Positions 28,002 through 42,183 of a stretch of DNA of 64,000 bases are shown here, in pieces (the stretch's first letter is position 1; each line of letters starts with the position of its first letter). A program made the translations under genes and the position numbers. This DNA is from the human T2T-CHM13v2.0 reference genome, Homo sapiens. Under the pieces are notes generated by a model. It did not search any database. It saw only the letters and a program-made list of their open reading frames with translations, and was not told the origin of the DNA. The stretch lies in NCBI RefSeq assembly GCF_009914755.1, contig NC_060948.1; one strand, given 5' to 3'.

Positions 28002-31000
28002 ATGGAATCAAATCAATGGAATCAAATCAAATGGAATGGAAAGGAATTGAATGGAGTAGATTGGATTGGATGGGATTGGAATGAAATGTACTGGAAAGGA
28101 CTCGAATTTCATGAAACGGAATGGAATGAATTGGAACGGAATGGACTCGAATGGAATGGAATGTCATGGAATGGCATCAAATGGAATGGCATCAAATGGA
28201 ATGGAATCGAATGCAATGGAATGCTATGGAATGGAATGGAATGCATTGGAATGGAATGTCCTCTAATGGAATGGATTCGAGTGGAATGGAATCGAATATA
28301 ATGGAGTCGAATGAAATGGAATTGAAAAAAATGGGATCGAATACAATGGAATATACTGGAATGTAATGTAATGAACTCGAATGTAATTGACTGGAATAGA
28401 ATGTACATGAATGGAATGTAATCGAATGGAAACTAATCCAATGGAATAGAATCTAATGCAATAAAATCGACTCAGATAGAGTAGAATGTAATGGAATGGA
28501 GTGCAGTGCAATGGAATGGAATGGAATGGAATGCAATGGAATGGAATGGAATGCAATGGAATGGAATGGAATGCAATGGAATGGGATGGAATGGTATGGA
28601 ATGGATAGTAATGGACTGGAGTGAAATGGACTGGAAAGGAATGGACTCAAATTGAAAGGGCTCGAAAGGAATGGAGACAAATGGAATGGTCTGGAATGGA
28701 ATGAACACGAATGTAATGCAATCCAATAGAATGGAGTCGAATGGCATGGAATATAAAGAAATGGAATCGAAGAGAATGGAAACAAATGGAATGGAATTGA
28801 ATGGAATGGAATTGAATGGAATGGGAACGAATGGAGTGAAATTGTATGCAGTAGAAGAGAATAGAATGGAATGCAAGCGAAAGGAAAGGAATGGATTGGA
28901 ATGGAATGGAATTCATTGGAATGGAAGGGAATGTAGTGTAATGGACAGGCCTGGAATAAAGTGGAATGCTACGGTCTCGAATGGAATAAAAATGTATGGA
29001 ATGGAATGCAATGAAACGGAATCGAATGTCATAGAATGTAATGGAATGCAAAAAAATGGACTCCAAAATCATTGACTGGAAAGGCTGGGTGTCGAAAGGA
29101 ATTGACTCCAATGGAATGGAATCGAATGGAATGGAAGTGAATAGAATCAAACTAAATCGAATGGAATGGAATTGATAGGAACGGAATGGAAAGGAATGCA
29201 ATGATTTGGCATGGAATGGAACCGAATGGCATCGAATGGAATGGAATGGAATGCAATGGAATGGAATGTATTAGAATGTAATGAACTTTAATGGAATGTA
29301 CTCGAATGGATTCGACTGGAATGGAATGTTCTGGAAGTGAATGGACTCCAATGGAATGGATTCAAAAGGAATGGAATCGTACGGAATGGAATCTAATGGA
29401 ATGGAATTAAATGGAAATGAATCAAATTGAATAGCACGGAATTGAATTGAATGGAATGGAATGCAATGGAATCTAATGAAACGGAAAGGAAAGGAATGGA
29501 ATGGAATGGAATGGGCTGGAATGGAAAGGAATCGAAACGAATGGAATGGAATCGAACTGAAGAGACTGGAATGGAATGCACTGGAATGGAAGGGAGTGTA
29601 ATGGAAGGTTCTCGGAAAAAATGGAATGCAATGGAATGGAATTGAATGGAACGGAATAGAGTCGAATGGAATTGAATGGAATGGAATGGACTAGAGTGAA
29701 ATGGAATCGAACCACAAGGAATGGACAGGAATAGAATGGTCTCGAATTGAATGGAATCGTATGGAATGGCATCAAACGGAATGGAATGGACAGCCACGGA
29801 ATGGAATGCACTCGAATGCAATGGAGTCGAAACTAATGGACTGGAATAGAATGGACTCGACTGGTACGGACTCCAATGGAATGGAATCGAATGGAAGGGA
29901 ATCGAACGGAATGGACTCGAAGGGAAAAGACTGCAATGGAAAGGTCTCGAATGGAATGGAAATTAATGGAATGGAATGGAATCGAATGAAATGGAGTCAA
30001 AAGGAATGGAATCGAATGGCAAGAAATCAAATGTAATGGAATCGCAAGGAATTGATGTGAACGGAACGGAATGGAATGGAATCCAAAGGAATGGAATAGA
30101 ATGGAATGGAATCGAATGGAAAGGACTCGAATGGAAATCACTCGAATAGAATGCAATTTAATAAAATAGGATCAAATGTAATGGAATGGAATGGAAAGGA
30201 ATCGAAACGAAAGGAATGGAGACAGATGGAATGGAATGGAACAGAGAGCAATGGTATAGAATGGAATGGAATCATCTGGAATGGAATTGAATGGAATGGA
30301 ATAATATGAAATGGAATGGAATGGAATGGAATGGAATGCCCTTGAATTAAATGGACTGGACTCGAACAGATTGGAATGGAAAGTGTTGAGATAGAATGGA
30401 ATGGACTCCTTTAGAATGGTGTAGTATGCAATGCAATCGACTGGCAGGGAATCAAAAGGAATGTAATGGAATGGATTGGACTGGAATGCAATGGACTCGA
30501 ATAGATTGGAAACGGAATGCAAAGGAATGGAATGGAATAGTATGGAATGGAATGGAAAGGAATGGAGTGGAATAGACTAGAGTGGAATGGAATGGACTGG
30601 AATGCAATGGAATGGAATGGAACTTTCTTGAATGGACTGGAATCAAACGGAATGGAATGCAATGCAATCAAATGGCATGGAATAAGATAGAATGAAAGAG
30701 AATCAAATGGAATAGAATCGAATGGAATCGAATGGATTGGAAAGGAATAGAATGGAATGGAATGGAATTGACTCAAATGGAATGGACTAGAATGGAATGG
30801 ATTCGAATGGAAGGCAAAGGAATGGAATCTATTGGAATGGACTGTAATGGAATGGAATGGAAGGGATTGGAATGGACTCGAATGGAATGGACTGCAATAG
30901 AAAGGATTCGAATGGAATGAAAAAGAATTGAATGGAATAGAACAGAATGGAATCAAATCGAATGAAATGGAATGGAATAGAAAGGAATGGAATGAAATGG

Positions 31001-31560
31001 AATGGAAAGGATTCGAATGGAATGCAATCGAATGGAATGGAATCGAACGGAATGTAATAAAATGGAAGAAAACTGGCAAGAAATGGAATCGAAATGAATG
31101 GAGTGTTATGGAACGGACTCAAAAGGAATTGAATGTAATAGAATGGAGTGGAGTGGACTCGAATATAATGGACTGGAATGGAATGAAATCACATGGAATG
31201 GGAACGAATGGAATGGAATGGAAAGGAATGGAATCGAATGGAAAGGAATCGAACGGAAGGGAATGAAATTGAATCAACAGGAATGGAAGGAAATAGAATA
31301 GACGGTAATGGAATGGACTCGAATAGAATGGACACGAATGCTCAAATTGAATGGACTCGAATGGAATGGAAACGAAAGGAATGTCATCGAATGGAATTGA
31401 ATCGATTGGAATGAAATCGCATAGAATGGAGTGGAATTAAATGGAATTGAATCGAAAGGAAAGGAAGCGAATGGACTGAAATGAAATGGAATGGAATTGA
31501 ATGGAAATTAATGCAATGGAATAGAATGGAACGAAATTTCACGGAATGGAATCAAACTGA
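28002..31560 (+). repeat. DYZ1 unit 9 (3559 bp)
   Basis: Has an expanded GCAAT-interrupted tract at ~28510-28585 and a 10-bp deletion at ~30358. Confidence 0.9.
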
Positions 31561-34500
31561 AAGGAATCAAATCAATGGAATCTAATCAAATGGAATGGAA
31601 AGGAATTGAATGGAGTAGATTGGATTGGATGGGATTGGAATGAAATTTACTGGAAAGGACTCGAATTTCATGAAACGGAATGGAATGAATTGGAACGGAA
31701 TGGACTCGAATGGAATGGAATGTCATGGAATGGCATCAAATGGAATGGCATCAAATGGAATGGAATCGAATGCAATGGAATGCTATGGAATGGAATGGAA
31801 TGCATTGGAATGGAATGTCCTCTAATGGAATGGATTCGAGTGGAATGGAATCGAATATAATGGAGTCGAATGAAATGGAATTGGAAGGAATGGGATCGAA
31901 TACAATGGAATATACTGGAATGTAATGTAATGAACTCGAATGTAATTGACTGGAATGGAATGTACATGAATGGAACGTAATCGAATGGAAAGTAATCCAA
32001 TGGAATAGAATCTAATGCAATAAAATCGACTCAGATAGAGTAGAATGTAATGGAATGGAGTGCAGTGCAATGGAATGGAATGGAATGGAATGCAATGGAA
32101 TGGAATGGAATGGAATGGAATGGAATGGAATGGGATGGAATGGTACGGAATGGATAGTAATGGACTGGAGTGAAATGGACTGGAAAGGAATGGACTCAAA
32201 TTGAAAGGGCTCGAAAGGAATGGAGACAAATGGAATGGTCTGGAATGGAATGAACACGAATGTAATGCAATCCAATAGAATGGAATCGAATGGCATGGAA
32301 TATAAAGAAATGGAATCGAAGAGAATGGAAACAAATGGAATGGAATTGAATGGAATGGAATTGAATGGAATGGGAACGAATGGAGTGAAATTGTATGCAG
32401 TAGAAGAGAATAGAATGGAATGCAAGCGAAAGGAAAGGAATGGATTGGAATGGAATGGAATTCATTGGAATGGAAGGGAATGTAGTGTAATGGAGAGGCC
32501 TGGAATAAAGTGGAATGCTACGGTCTCGAATGGAATAAAAATGTATGGAATGGAATGCAATGAAACGGAATCGAATGTCATAGAATGTAATGGAATGCAA
32601 AAAAAATGGAATCCAAAATCATTGACTGGAAAGGCTGGGTGTCGAAAGGAATTGACTCCAATGGAATGGAATCGAATGGAATGGAAGTGAATAGAATCGA
32701 ACTAAATCGAATGGAATGGAATTGATAGGAACGGAATGGAAAGGAATGCAATGATTTTGCATGGAATGGAATCGAATGGCATCGAATGGAATGGAATGGA
32801 ATGCAATGGAATGGAATGTATTAGAATGTAATGAACTTTAATGGAATGTACTCGAATGGATTCGACTGGAATGGAATGTTCTGGAAGTGAATGGACTCCA
32901 ATGGAATGGATTCAAAAGGAATGGAATCGTACGGAATGGAATCTAATGGAATGGAATTAAATGGAAATGAATCAAATTGAATAGCACGGAATTGAATTGA
33001 ATGGAATGGAATGCAATGGAATCTAATGAAACGGAAAGGAAAGGAATGGAATGGAATGGAATGGGCTGGAATGGAAAGGAATCGAAACGAATGGAATGGA
33101 ATCGAACTGAAGAGACTGGAATGGAATGCACTGGAATGGAAGGGAGTGTAATGGAAGGTTCTCGAAAAAAATGGAATCGAATGGAATGGAATTGAATGGA
33201 ACGGAATAGAGTCGAATGGAATTGAATGGAATGGAATGGACTAGAGTGAAATGGAATCGAACCACAAGGAATGGACAGGAATAGAATGGTCTCGAATTGA
33301 ATGGAATCGTATGGAATGGCATCAAACGGAATGGAATGGACAGCCACGGAATGGAATGCACTCGAATGCAATGGAGTCGAAACTAATGGACTGGAATAGA
33401 ATGGACTCGACTGGTACGGACTCCAATGGAATGGAATCGAATGGAAGGGAATCGAACGGAATGGACTCGAAGGGAAAAGACTGCAATGGAAAGGTCTCGA
33501 ATGGAATGGAAATTAATGGAATGGAATGGAATCGAATGAAATGGAGTCAAAAGGAATGGAATCGAATGGCAAGAAATCAAATGTAATGGAATCGCAAGGA
33601 ATTGATGTGAACGGAACGGAATGGAATGGAATCCGAAGGAATGGAATAGAATGGAATGGAATCGAATGGAAAGGACTCGAATGGAAATCACTCGAATAGA
33701 ATGCAATTTAATAAAATAGGATCAAATGTAATGGAATGGAATGGAAAGGAATCGAAACGAAAGGAATGGAGACAGATGGAATGGAATGGAACAGAGAGCA
33801 ATGGTATAGAATGGAATGGAATCATCTGGAATGGAATTGAATGGAATGGAATAATATGAAATGGAATGGAATGGAATGGAATGGAATGCCCTTGAATTAA
33901 ATGGACTGGACTCGAACAGAGTGGAATGGAAAGTGTTGAGATAGAATGGAATGGACTCATTTGGAATGGTGTAGTATGCAATGCAATCGACTGGCAGGGA
34001 ATCAAAAGGAATGTAATCGAATGGATTGGACTGGAATGCAATGGACTCGAATAGATTGGAAACGGAATGCAAAGGAAAGGAATGGAATAGTATGGAAGGG
34101 AATGGAAAGGAATGGAGTGGAATAGACTAGAGTGGAATGGAATGGACTGGAAAGCAATGGACTGGAATGGAACTTTCTTGAATGGACTGGAATCAAACGG
34201 AATGGAATGCAATGCAATCAAATGGCATGGAATAAAATAGAATGAAAGAGAATCAAATGGAATTGAATCGAATGGAATCGAATGGATTGGAAAGGAATAG
34301 AATGGAATGGAATGGAATTGACTCAAATGGAATGGACTAGAATGGAATGGATTCGAATGGAAGGCAAAGGAATGGAATCTATTGGAATGGACTGTAATGG
34401 AATGGAATGGAAGGGATTGGAATGGACTCGAATGGAATGGACTGCAATAGAAAGGATTCGAATGGAATGAAAAAGAATTGAATGGAATAGAACAGAATGG

Positions 34501-35110
34501 AATCAAATCGAATGAAATGGAATGGAATAGAAAGGAATGGAATGAAATGGAATGGAAAGGATTCGAATGGAATGCAATCGAATGGAATGGAATCGAACGG
34601 AATGGAATAAAATGGAAGAAAACTGGCAAGAAATGGAATCGAAATGAATGGAGTGTTATGGAACGGACTCAAAAGGAATTGAATGTAATAGAATGGAGTG
34701 GAGTGGACTCGAATATAATGGACTGGAATGGAATGAAATCACATGGAATGGGAACGAATGGAATGGAATGGAAAGGAATGGAATCGAATGGAAAGGAATC
34801 GAACGGAAGGGAATGAAATTGAATCAACAGGAATGGAAGGGAATAGAATAGACGGTAATGGAATGGACTCGAATAGAATGGACACGAATGCTCAAATTGA
34901 ATGGACTCGAATGGAATGGAAACGAAAGGAATGTCATCGAATGGAATTGAATCGATTGGAATGAAATCGCATAGAATGGAGTGGAATCAAATGGAATTGA
35001 ATCGAAAGGAAAGGAAGCGAATGGACTGAAATGAAATGGAATGGAATTGAATGGAAAGTAATGCAATGGAATAGAATGGAACGAAATTTCACGGAATGGA
35101 ATCAAACTGA
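31561..35110 (+). repeat. DYZ1 unit 10 (3550 bp)
   Basis: Has A8 instead of A7 at ~32599-32606 and a 10-bp deletion at ~33908. Confidence 0.9.
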
Positions 35111-38100
35111 ATGGAATCAAATCAATGGAATCTAATCAAATGGAATGGAAAGGAATTGAATGGAGTAGATTGGATTGGATGGGATTGGAATGAAATGTAC
35201 TGGAAAGGACTCGAATTTCATGAAACGGAATGGAATGAATTGGAACGGAATGGACTCGAATGGAATGTCATGGAATGGCATCAAATGGAATGGCATCAAA
35301 TGGAATGGAATCGAATACAATGGAATGCTATGGAATGGAATGGAATGCATTGGAATGGAATGTCCTCTAATGGAATGGATTCGAGTGGAATGGAATCGAA
35401 TATAATGGAGTCGAATGAAATGGAATTGAAAGGAATGGGATCGAATACAATGGAATATACTGGAATGTAATGTAATGAACTCGAATGTAATTGACTGGAA
35501 TGGAATGTACATGAATGGAATGTAATCGAATGGAAAGTAATCCAATGGAATAGAATCTAATGCAATAAAATCGACTCAGATAGAGTAGAATGTAATGGAA
35601 TGGAGTGCAGTGCAATGGAATGGAATGGAATGGAATGCAATTGAATGGAATGGAATGGAATGGAATGGGATGGAATGGGATGGAATGGTATGGAATGGAT
35701 AGTAATGGACTGGAGTGAAATGGACTGGAAAGGAATGGACTCAAATTGAAAGGGCTCGAAAGGAATGGAGACAAATGGAATGGTCTGGAATGGAATGAAC
35801 ACGAATGTAATGCAATCCAATAGAATGGAGTCGAATGGCATGGAATATAAAGAAATGGAATCGAAGAGAATGGAAACAAATGGAATGGAATTGAATGGAA
35901 TGGAATTGAATGGAATGGGAACGAATGGAGTGAAATTGTATGCAGTAGAAGAGAATAGAATGGAATGCAAGCGAAAGGAAAGGAATGGATTGGAATGGAA
36001 TGGAATTCATTGGAATGGAAGGGAATGTAGTGTAATGGACAGGCCTGGAATAAAGTGGAATGCTACGGTCTCGAATGGAATAAAAATGTATGGAATGGAA
36101 TGCAATGAAACGGAATGGAATGTCATAGAATGTAATGGAATGCAAAAAAATGGAATCCAAAATCATTGACTGGAAAGGCTGGGTGTCGAAAGGAATTGAC
36201 TCCAATGGAATGGAATCGAATGGAATGGAAGTGAATAGAATCGAACTAAATCGAATGGAATGGAATTGATAGGAACGGAATGGAAAGGAATGCAATGATT
36301 TGGCATGGAATGGAATCGAATGCCATCGAATGGAATGGAATGGAATGCAATGGAATGGAATGTATTAGAATGTAATGAACTTTAATGGAATGTACTCGAA
36401 TGGATTCGACTGGAATGGAATGTTCTGGAAGTGAATGGACTCCAATGGAATGGATTCAAAAGGAATGGAATCGTACGGAATGGAATCTAATGGAATGGAA
36501 TTAAATGGAAATGAATCAAATTGAATAGCACGGAATTGAATTGAATGGAATGGAATGCAATGGAATCTAATGAAACGGAAAGGAAAGGAATGGAATGGAA
36601 TGGAATGGGCTGGAATGGAATGGAATCGAAACGAATGGAATGGAATCGAACTGAAGAGACTGGAATGGAATGCACTGGAATGGAAGGGAGTGTAATGGAA
36701 GGTTCTCGAAAAAAATGGAATCGAATGGAATGGAATTGAATGGAACGGAATAGAGTCGAATGGAATTGAATGGAATGGAATGGACTAGAGTGAAATGGAA
36801 TCGAACCACAAGGAATGGACAGGAATAGAATGGTCTCGAATTGAATGGAATCGTATGGAATGGCATCAAACGGAATGGAATGGACAGCCACGGAATGGAA
36901 TGCACTCGAATGCAATGGAGTCGAAACTAATGGACTGGAATAGAATGGATTCGACTGGTACGGACTCCAATGGAATGGAATCGAATGGAAGGGAATCGAA
37001 CGGAATGGACTCGAAGGGAAAAGACTGCAATGGAAAGGTCTCGAATGGAATGGAAATTAATGGAATGGAATGGAATCGAATGAAATGGAGTCAAAAGGAA
37101 TGGAATCGAATGGCAAGAAATCAAATGTAATGGAATCGCAAGGAATTGATGTGAACGGAACGGAATGGAATGGAATCCAAAGGAATGGAATAGAATGGAA
37201 TGGAATCGAATGGAAAGGACGCGAATGGAAATCACTCGAATAGAATGCAATTTAATAAAATAGGATCAAATGTAATGGAATGGAATGGAAAGGAATCGAA
37301 ACGAAAGGAATGGAGACAGATGGAATGGAATGGAACAGAGAGCAATGGTATAGAATGGAATGGAATCATCTGGAATGGAATTGAATGGAATGGAATAATA
37401 TGAAATGGAATGGAATGGAATGGAATGGAATGCCCTTGAATTAAATGGACTGGAATGGACTGGACTCGAACAGAGTGGAATGGAAAGTGTTGAGATAGAA
37501 TGGAATGGACTCCTTTGGAATGGGGTAGTATGCAATGTAATCGACTGGCAGGGAATCAAAAGGAATGTAATCGAATGGATTGGACTGGAATGCAATGGAC
37601 TCGAATAGATTGGAAACGGAATGCAAAGGAATGGAATGGAATAGTATGGAATGGAATGGAAAGGAATGGAGTGGAATAGACTAGAGTGGAATGGAATGAA
37701 CTGGAAAGCAATGGACTGGAATGGAACTTTCTTGAATGGACTGGAATCAAACGGAATGGAATGCAATGCAATCAAATGGCATGGAATAAAATAGAATGAA
37801 AGAGAATCAAATGGAATTGAATCGAATGGAATCGAATGGATTGGAAAGGAATAGAATGGAATGGAATGGAATTGACTCAAATGGAATGGACTAGAATGGA
37901 ATGGATTCGAATGGAAGGCAAAGGAATGGAATCTATTGGAATGGAATGTAATGGAATGGAATGGAAGGGATTGGAATGGACTCGAATGGAATGGACTGCA
38001 ATAGAAAGGATTCGAATGGAATGAAAAAGAATTGAATGGAATAGAACAGAATGGAATCAAATCGAATGAAATGGAATGGAATAGAAAGGAATGGAATGAA

Positions 38101-38664
38101 ATGGAATGGAAAGGATTCGAATGGAATGCAATCGAATGGAATGGAATCGAACGGAATGGAATAAAATGGAAGAAAACTGGCAAGAAATGGAATCGAAATG
38201 AATGGAGTGTTATGGAATGGACGCAAAAGGAATTGAATGTAATAGAATGGAGTGGAGTGGACTCGAATATAATGGACTGGAATGGAATGAAATCACACGG
38301 AATGGGAACGAATGGAATGGAATGGAAAGTAATGGAATCGAATGGAAAGGAATCGAATGGAAGGGAATGAAATTGAATCAACAGGAATGGAAGGGAATAG
38401 AATAGACGGTAATGGAATGGACTCGAATAGAATGGACACGAATGCTCAAATTGAATGGACTCGAATGGAATGGAAAGGAAAGGAATGTCATCGAATGGAA
38501 TTGAATCGATTGGAATGAAATCGCATAGAATGGAGTGGAATCAAATGGAATTGAATCGAAAGGAAAGGAAGCGAATGGACTGAAATGAAATGGAATGGAA
38601 TTGAATGGAAAGTAATGCAATGGAATAGAATGGAACGAAATTTCACGGAATGGAATCAAACTGA
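35111..38664 (+). repeat. DYZ1 unit 11 (3554 bp)
   Basis: Landmark spacing. 5-bp deletion at ~35262. Confidence 0.9.
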
Positions 38665-41600
38665 ATGGAATCAAATCAATGGAATCAAATCAAATGGAAT
38701 GGAAAGGAATTGAATGGAGTAGATTGGATTGGATGGGATTGGAATGAAATGTACTGGAAAGGACTCGAATTTCATGAAACGGAATGGAATGAATTGGAAC
38801 GGAATGGACTCGAATGGAATGGAATGTCATGGAATGGCATCAAATGGAATGGCATCAAATGGAATGGAATCGAATGCAATGGAATGCTATGGAATGGAAT
38901 GTCCTCTAATGGAATGGAATCGAATATAATGGAGTCGAATGAAATGGAATTGAAAAGAATGGGATCGAATACAATGGAATATACTGGAATGTAATGTAAT
39001 GAACTCGAATGTAATTGACTGGAATAGAATGTACATGAATGGAATGTAATCGAATGGAAAGTAATCCAATGGAATAGAATCTAATGCAATAAAATCGACT
39101 CAGATAGAGTAGAATGTAATGGAATGGAGTGCAGTGCAATGGAATGGAATGGAATGGAATGCAATGGAATGGAATGGAATGGAATGGAATGGAATGGGAT
39201 GGAATGGTATGGAATGGACAGTAATGGACTGGAGTGAAATGGACTGGAAAGGAATGGACTCAAATTGAAAGGGCTCGAAAGGAATGGAGACAAATGGAAT
39301 GGTCTGGAATGGAATGAACACGAATGTAATGCAATACAATAGAATGGAGTCGAATGGCATGGAATATACAGAAATGGAATCGAAAAGAATGGAAACAAAT
39401 GGAATGGAATTGAATGGAATGGAATTGAATGGAATGGGAACGAATGGAGTGAAATTGTATGCAGTAGAAGAGAATAGAATGGAATGCAAGCGAAAGGAAA
39501 GGAATGGATTGGAATGGAATGGAATTCTTTGGAATGGAAGGGAATGTAGTGTAATGGACAGGCCTGGAATAAAGTGGAATGCTACGGTCTCGAATGGAAT
39601 AAAAATGTATGGAATGGAATGCAATGAAACGGAATCGAATGTCATAGAATGTAATGGAATGCAAAAAAATGGAATCCGAAATCATTGACTGGAAAGGCTG
39701 GGTGTCGAAAGGAATTGACTCCAATGGAATGGAATCGAATGGAATGGAAGTGAATAGAATCAAACTAAATCGAATGGAATGGAATTGATAGGAACGGAAT
39801 GGAAAGGAATGCAATGATTTGGCATGGAATGGAACCGAATGGCATCGAATGGAATGGAATGGAATGCAATGGAATGGAATGTATTAGAATGTAATGAAAT
39901 TTAATGGAATGTACTCGAATGGATTCGACTGGAATGGAATGTTCTGGAAGTGAATGGACTCCAATGGAATGGATTCAAAAGGAATGGAATCGTACGGAAT
40001 GGAATCTAATGGAATGGAATTAAATGGAAATGAATCAAATTGAATAGCACGGAATTGAATTGAATGGAATGGAATGCAATGGAATCTAATGAAACGGAAA
40101 GGAAAGGAATGCAATGGAATGGAATGGGCTGGAATGGAAAGGAATCGAAACGAATGGAATGGAATCGAACTGAAGAGACTGGAATGGAATGCACTGGAAT
40201 GGAAGGGAGTGTAATGGAAGGTTCTCGAAAATAATGGAATCGAATGGAATGGAATTGAATGGAACGGAATAGAGTCGAATGGAATTGAATGGAATGGAAT
40301 GGACTAGAGTGAAATGGAATCGAACCACAAGGAATGGACAGGAATAGAATGGTCTCGAATTGAATGGAATCGTATGGAATGGCATCAAACGGAATGGAAT
40401 GGACAGCCACGGAATGGAATGCACTCGAATGCAATGGAGTCGAAACTAATGGACTGGAATAGAAAGAACTCGACTGGTACGGACTCCAATGGAATGGAAT
40501 CGAATGGAAGGGAATCGAACGGAATGGACTCGAAGGGAAAAGACTGCAATGGAAAGGTCTCGAATGGAATGGAAATTAATGGAATGGAATGGAATCGAAT
40601 GAAATGGAGTCAAAAGGAATGGAATCGAATGGCAAGAAATCAAATGTAATGGAATCGCAAGGAATTGATGTGAACGGAACGGAATGGAATGGAATCCAAA
40701 GGAATGGAATAGAATGGAATGGAATCGAATGGAAAGGACTCGAATGGAAATCACTCGAATAGAATGCAATTTAATAAAATAGGATCAAATGTAATGGAAT
40801 GGAATGGAAAGGAATCGAAACGAAAGGAATGGAGACAGATGGAATGGAATGGAACAGAGAGCAATGGTATAGAATGGAATGGAATCATCTGGAATGGAAT
40901 TGAATGGAATGGAATAATATGAAATGGAATGGAATGGAATGGAATGGAATGCCCTTGAATTAAATGGACTGGAATGGACTGGACTCGAACAGAGTGGAAT
41001 GGAAAGTGTTGAGATAGAATGGAATGGACTCCTTTGGAATGGGGTAGTATGCAATGTAATCGACTGGCAGGGAATCAAAAGGAATGTAATCGAATGGATT
41101 GGACTGGAATGCAATGGACTCGAATAGATTGGAAACGGAATGCAAAGGAATGGAATGGAATAGTATGGAATGGAATGGAAAGGAATGGAGTGGAATAGAC
41201 TAGAGTGGAATGGAATGGACTGGAAAGCAATGGACTGGAATGGAACTTTCTTGAATGGACTGGAATCAAACGGAATGGAATGCAATGCAATCAAATGGCA
41301 TGGAATAAAATAGAATGAAAGAGAATCAAATGGAATTGAATCGAATGGAATCGAATGGATTGGAAAGGAATAGAATGGAATGGAATGGAATTGACTCAAA
41401 TGGAATGGACTAGAATGGAATGGATTCGAATGGAAGGCAAAGGAATGGAATCTATTGGAATGGAATGTAATGGAATGGAATGGAAGGGATTGGAATGGAC
41501 TCGAATGGAATGGACTGCAATAGAAAGGATTCGAATGGAATGAAAAAGAATTGAATGGAATAGAACAGAATGGAATCAAATCGAATGAAATGGAATGGAA

Positions 41601-42183
41601 TAGAAAGGAATGGAATGAAATGGAATGGAAAGGATTCGAATGGAATGCAATCGAATGGAATGGAATCGAACGGAATGGAATAAAATGGAAGAAAACTGGC
41701 AAGAAATGGAATCGAAATGAATGGAGTGTTATGGAATGGACGCAAAAGGAATTGAATGTAATAGAATGGAGTGGAGTGGACTCGAATATAATGGACTGGA
41801 ATGGAATGAAATCACACGGAATGGGAACGAATGGAATGGAATGGAAAGGAATGGAATCGAATGGAAAGGAATCGAATGGAAGGGAATGAAATTGAATCAA
41901 CAGGAATGGAAGGGAATAGAATAGACGGTAATGGAATGGACTCGAATAGAATGGACACGAATGCTCAAATTGAATGGACTCGAATGGAATGGAAAGGAAA
42001 GGAATGTCATCGAATGGAATTGAATCGATTGGAATGAAATCGCATAGAATGGAGTGGAATCAAATGGAATTGAATCGAAAGGAAAGGAAGCGAATGGACT
42101 GAAATGAAATGGAATGGAATTGAATGGAAAGTAATGCAATGGAATAGAATGGAACGAAATTTCACGGAATGGAATCAAACTGA
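38665..42183 (+). repeat. DYZ1 unit 12 (3519 bp)
   Basis: Two adjacent 15-bp deletions at ~38890-38920. Confidence 0.9.
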
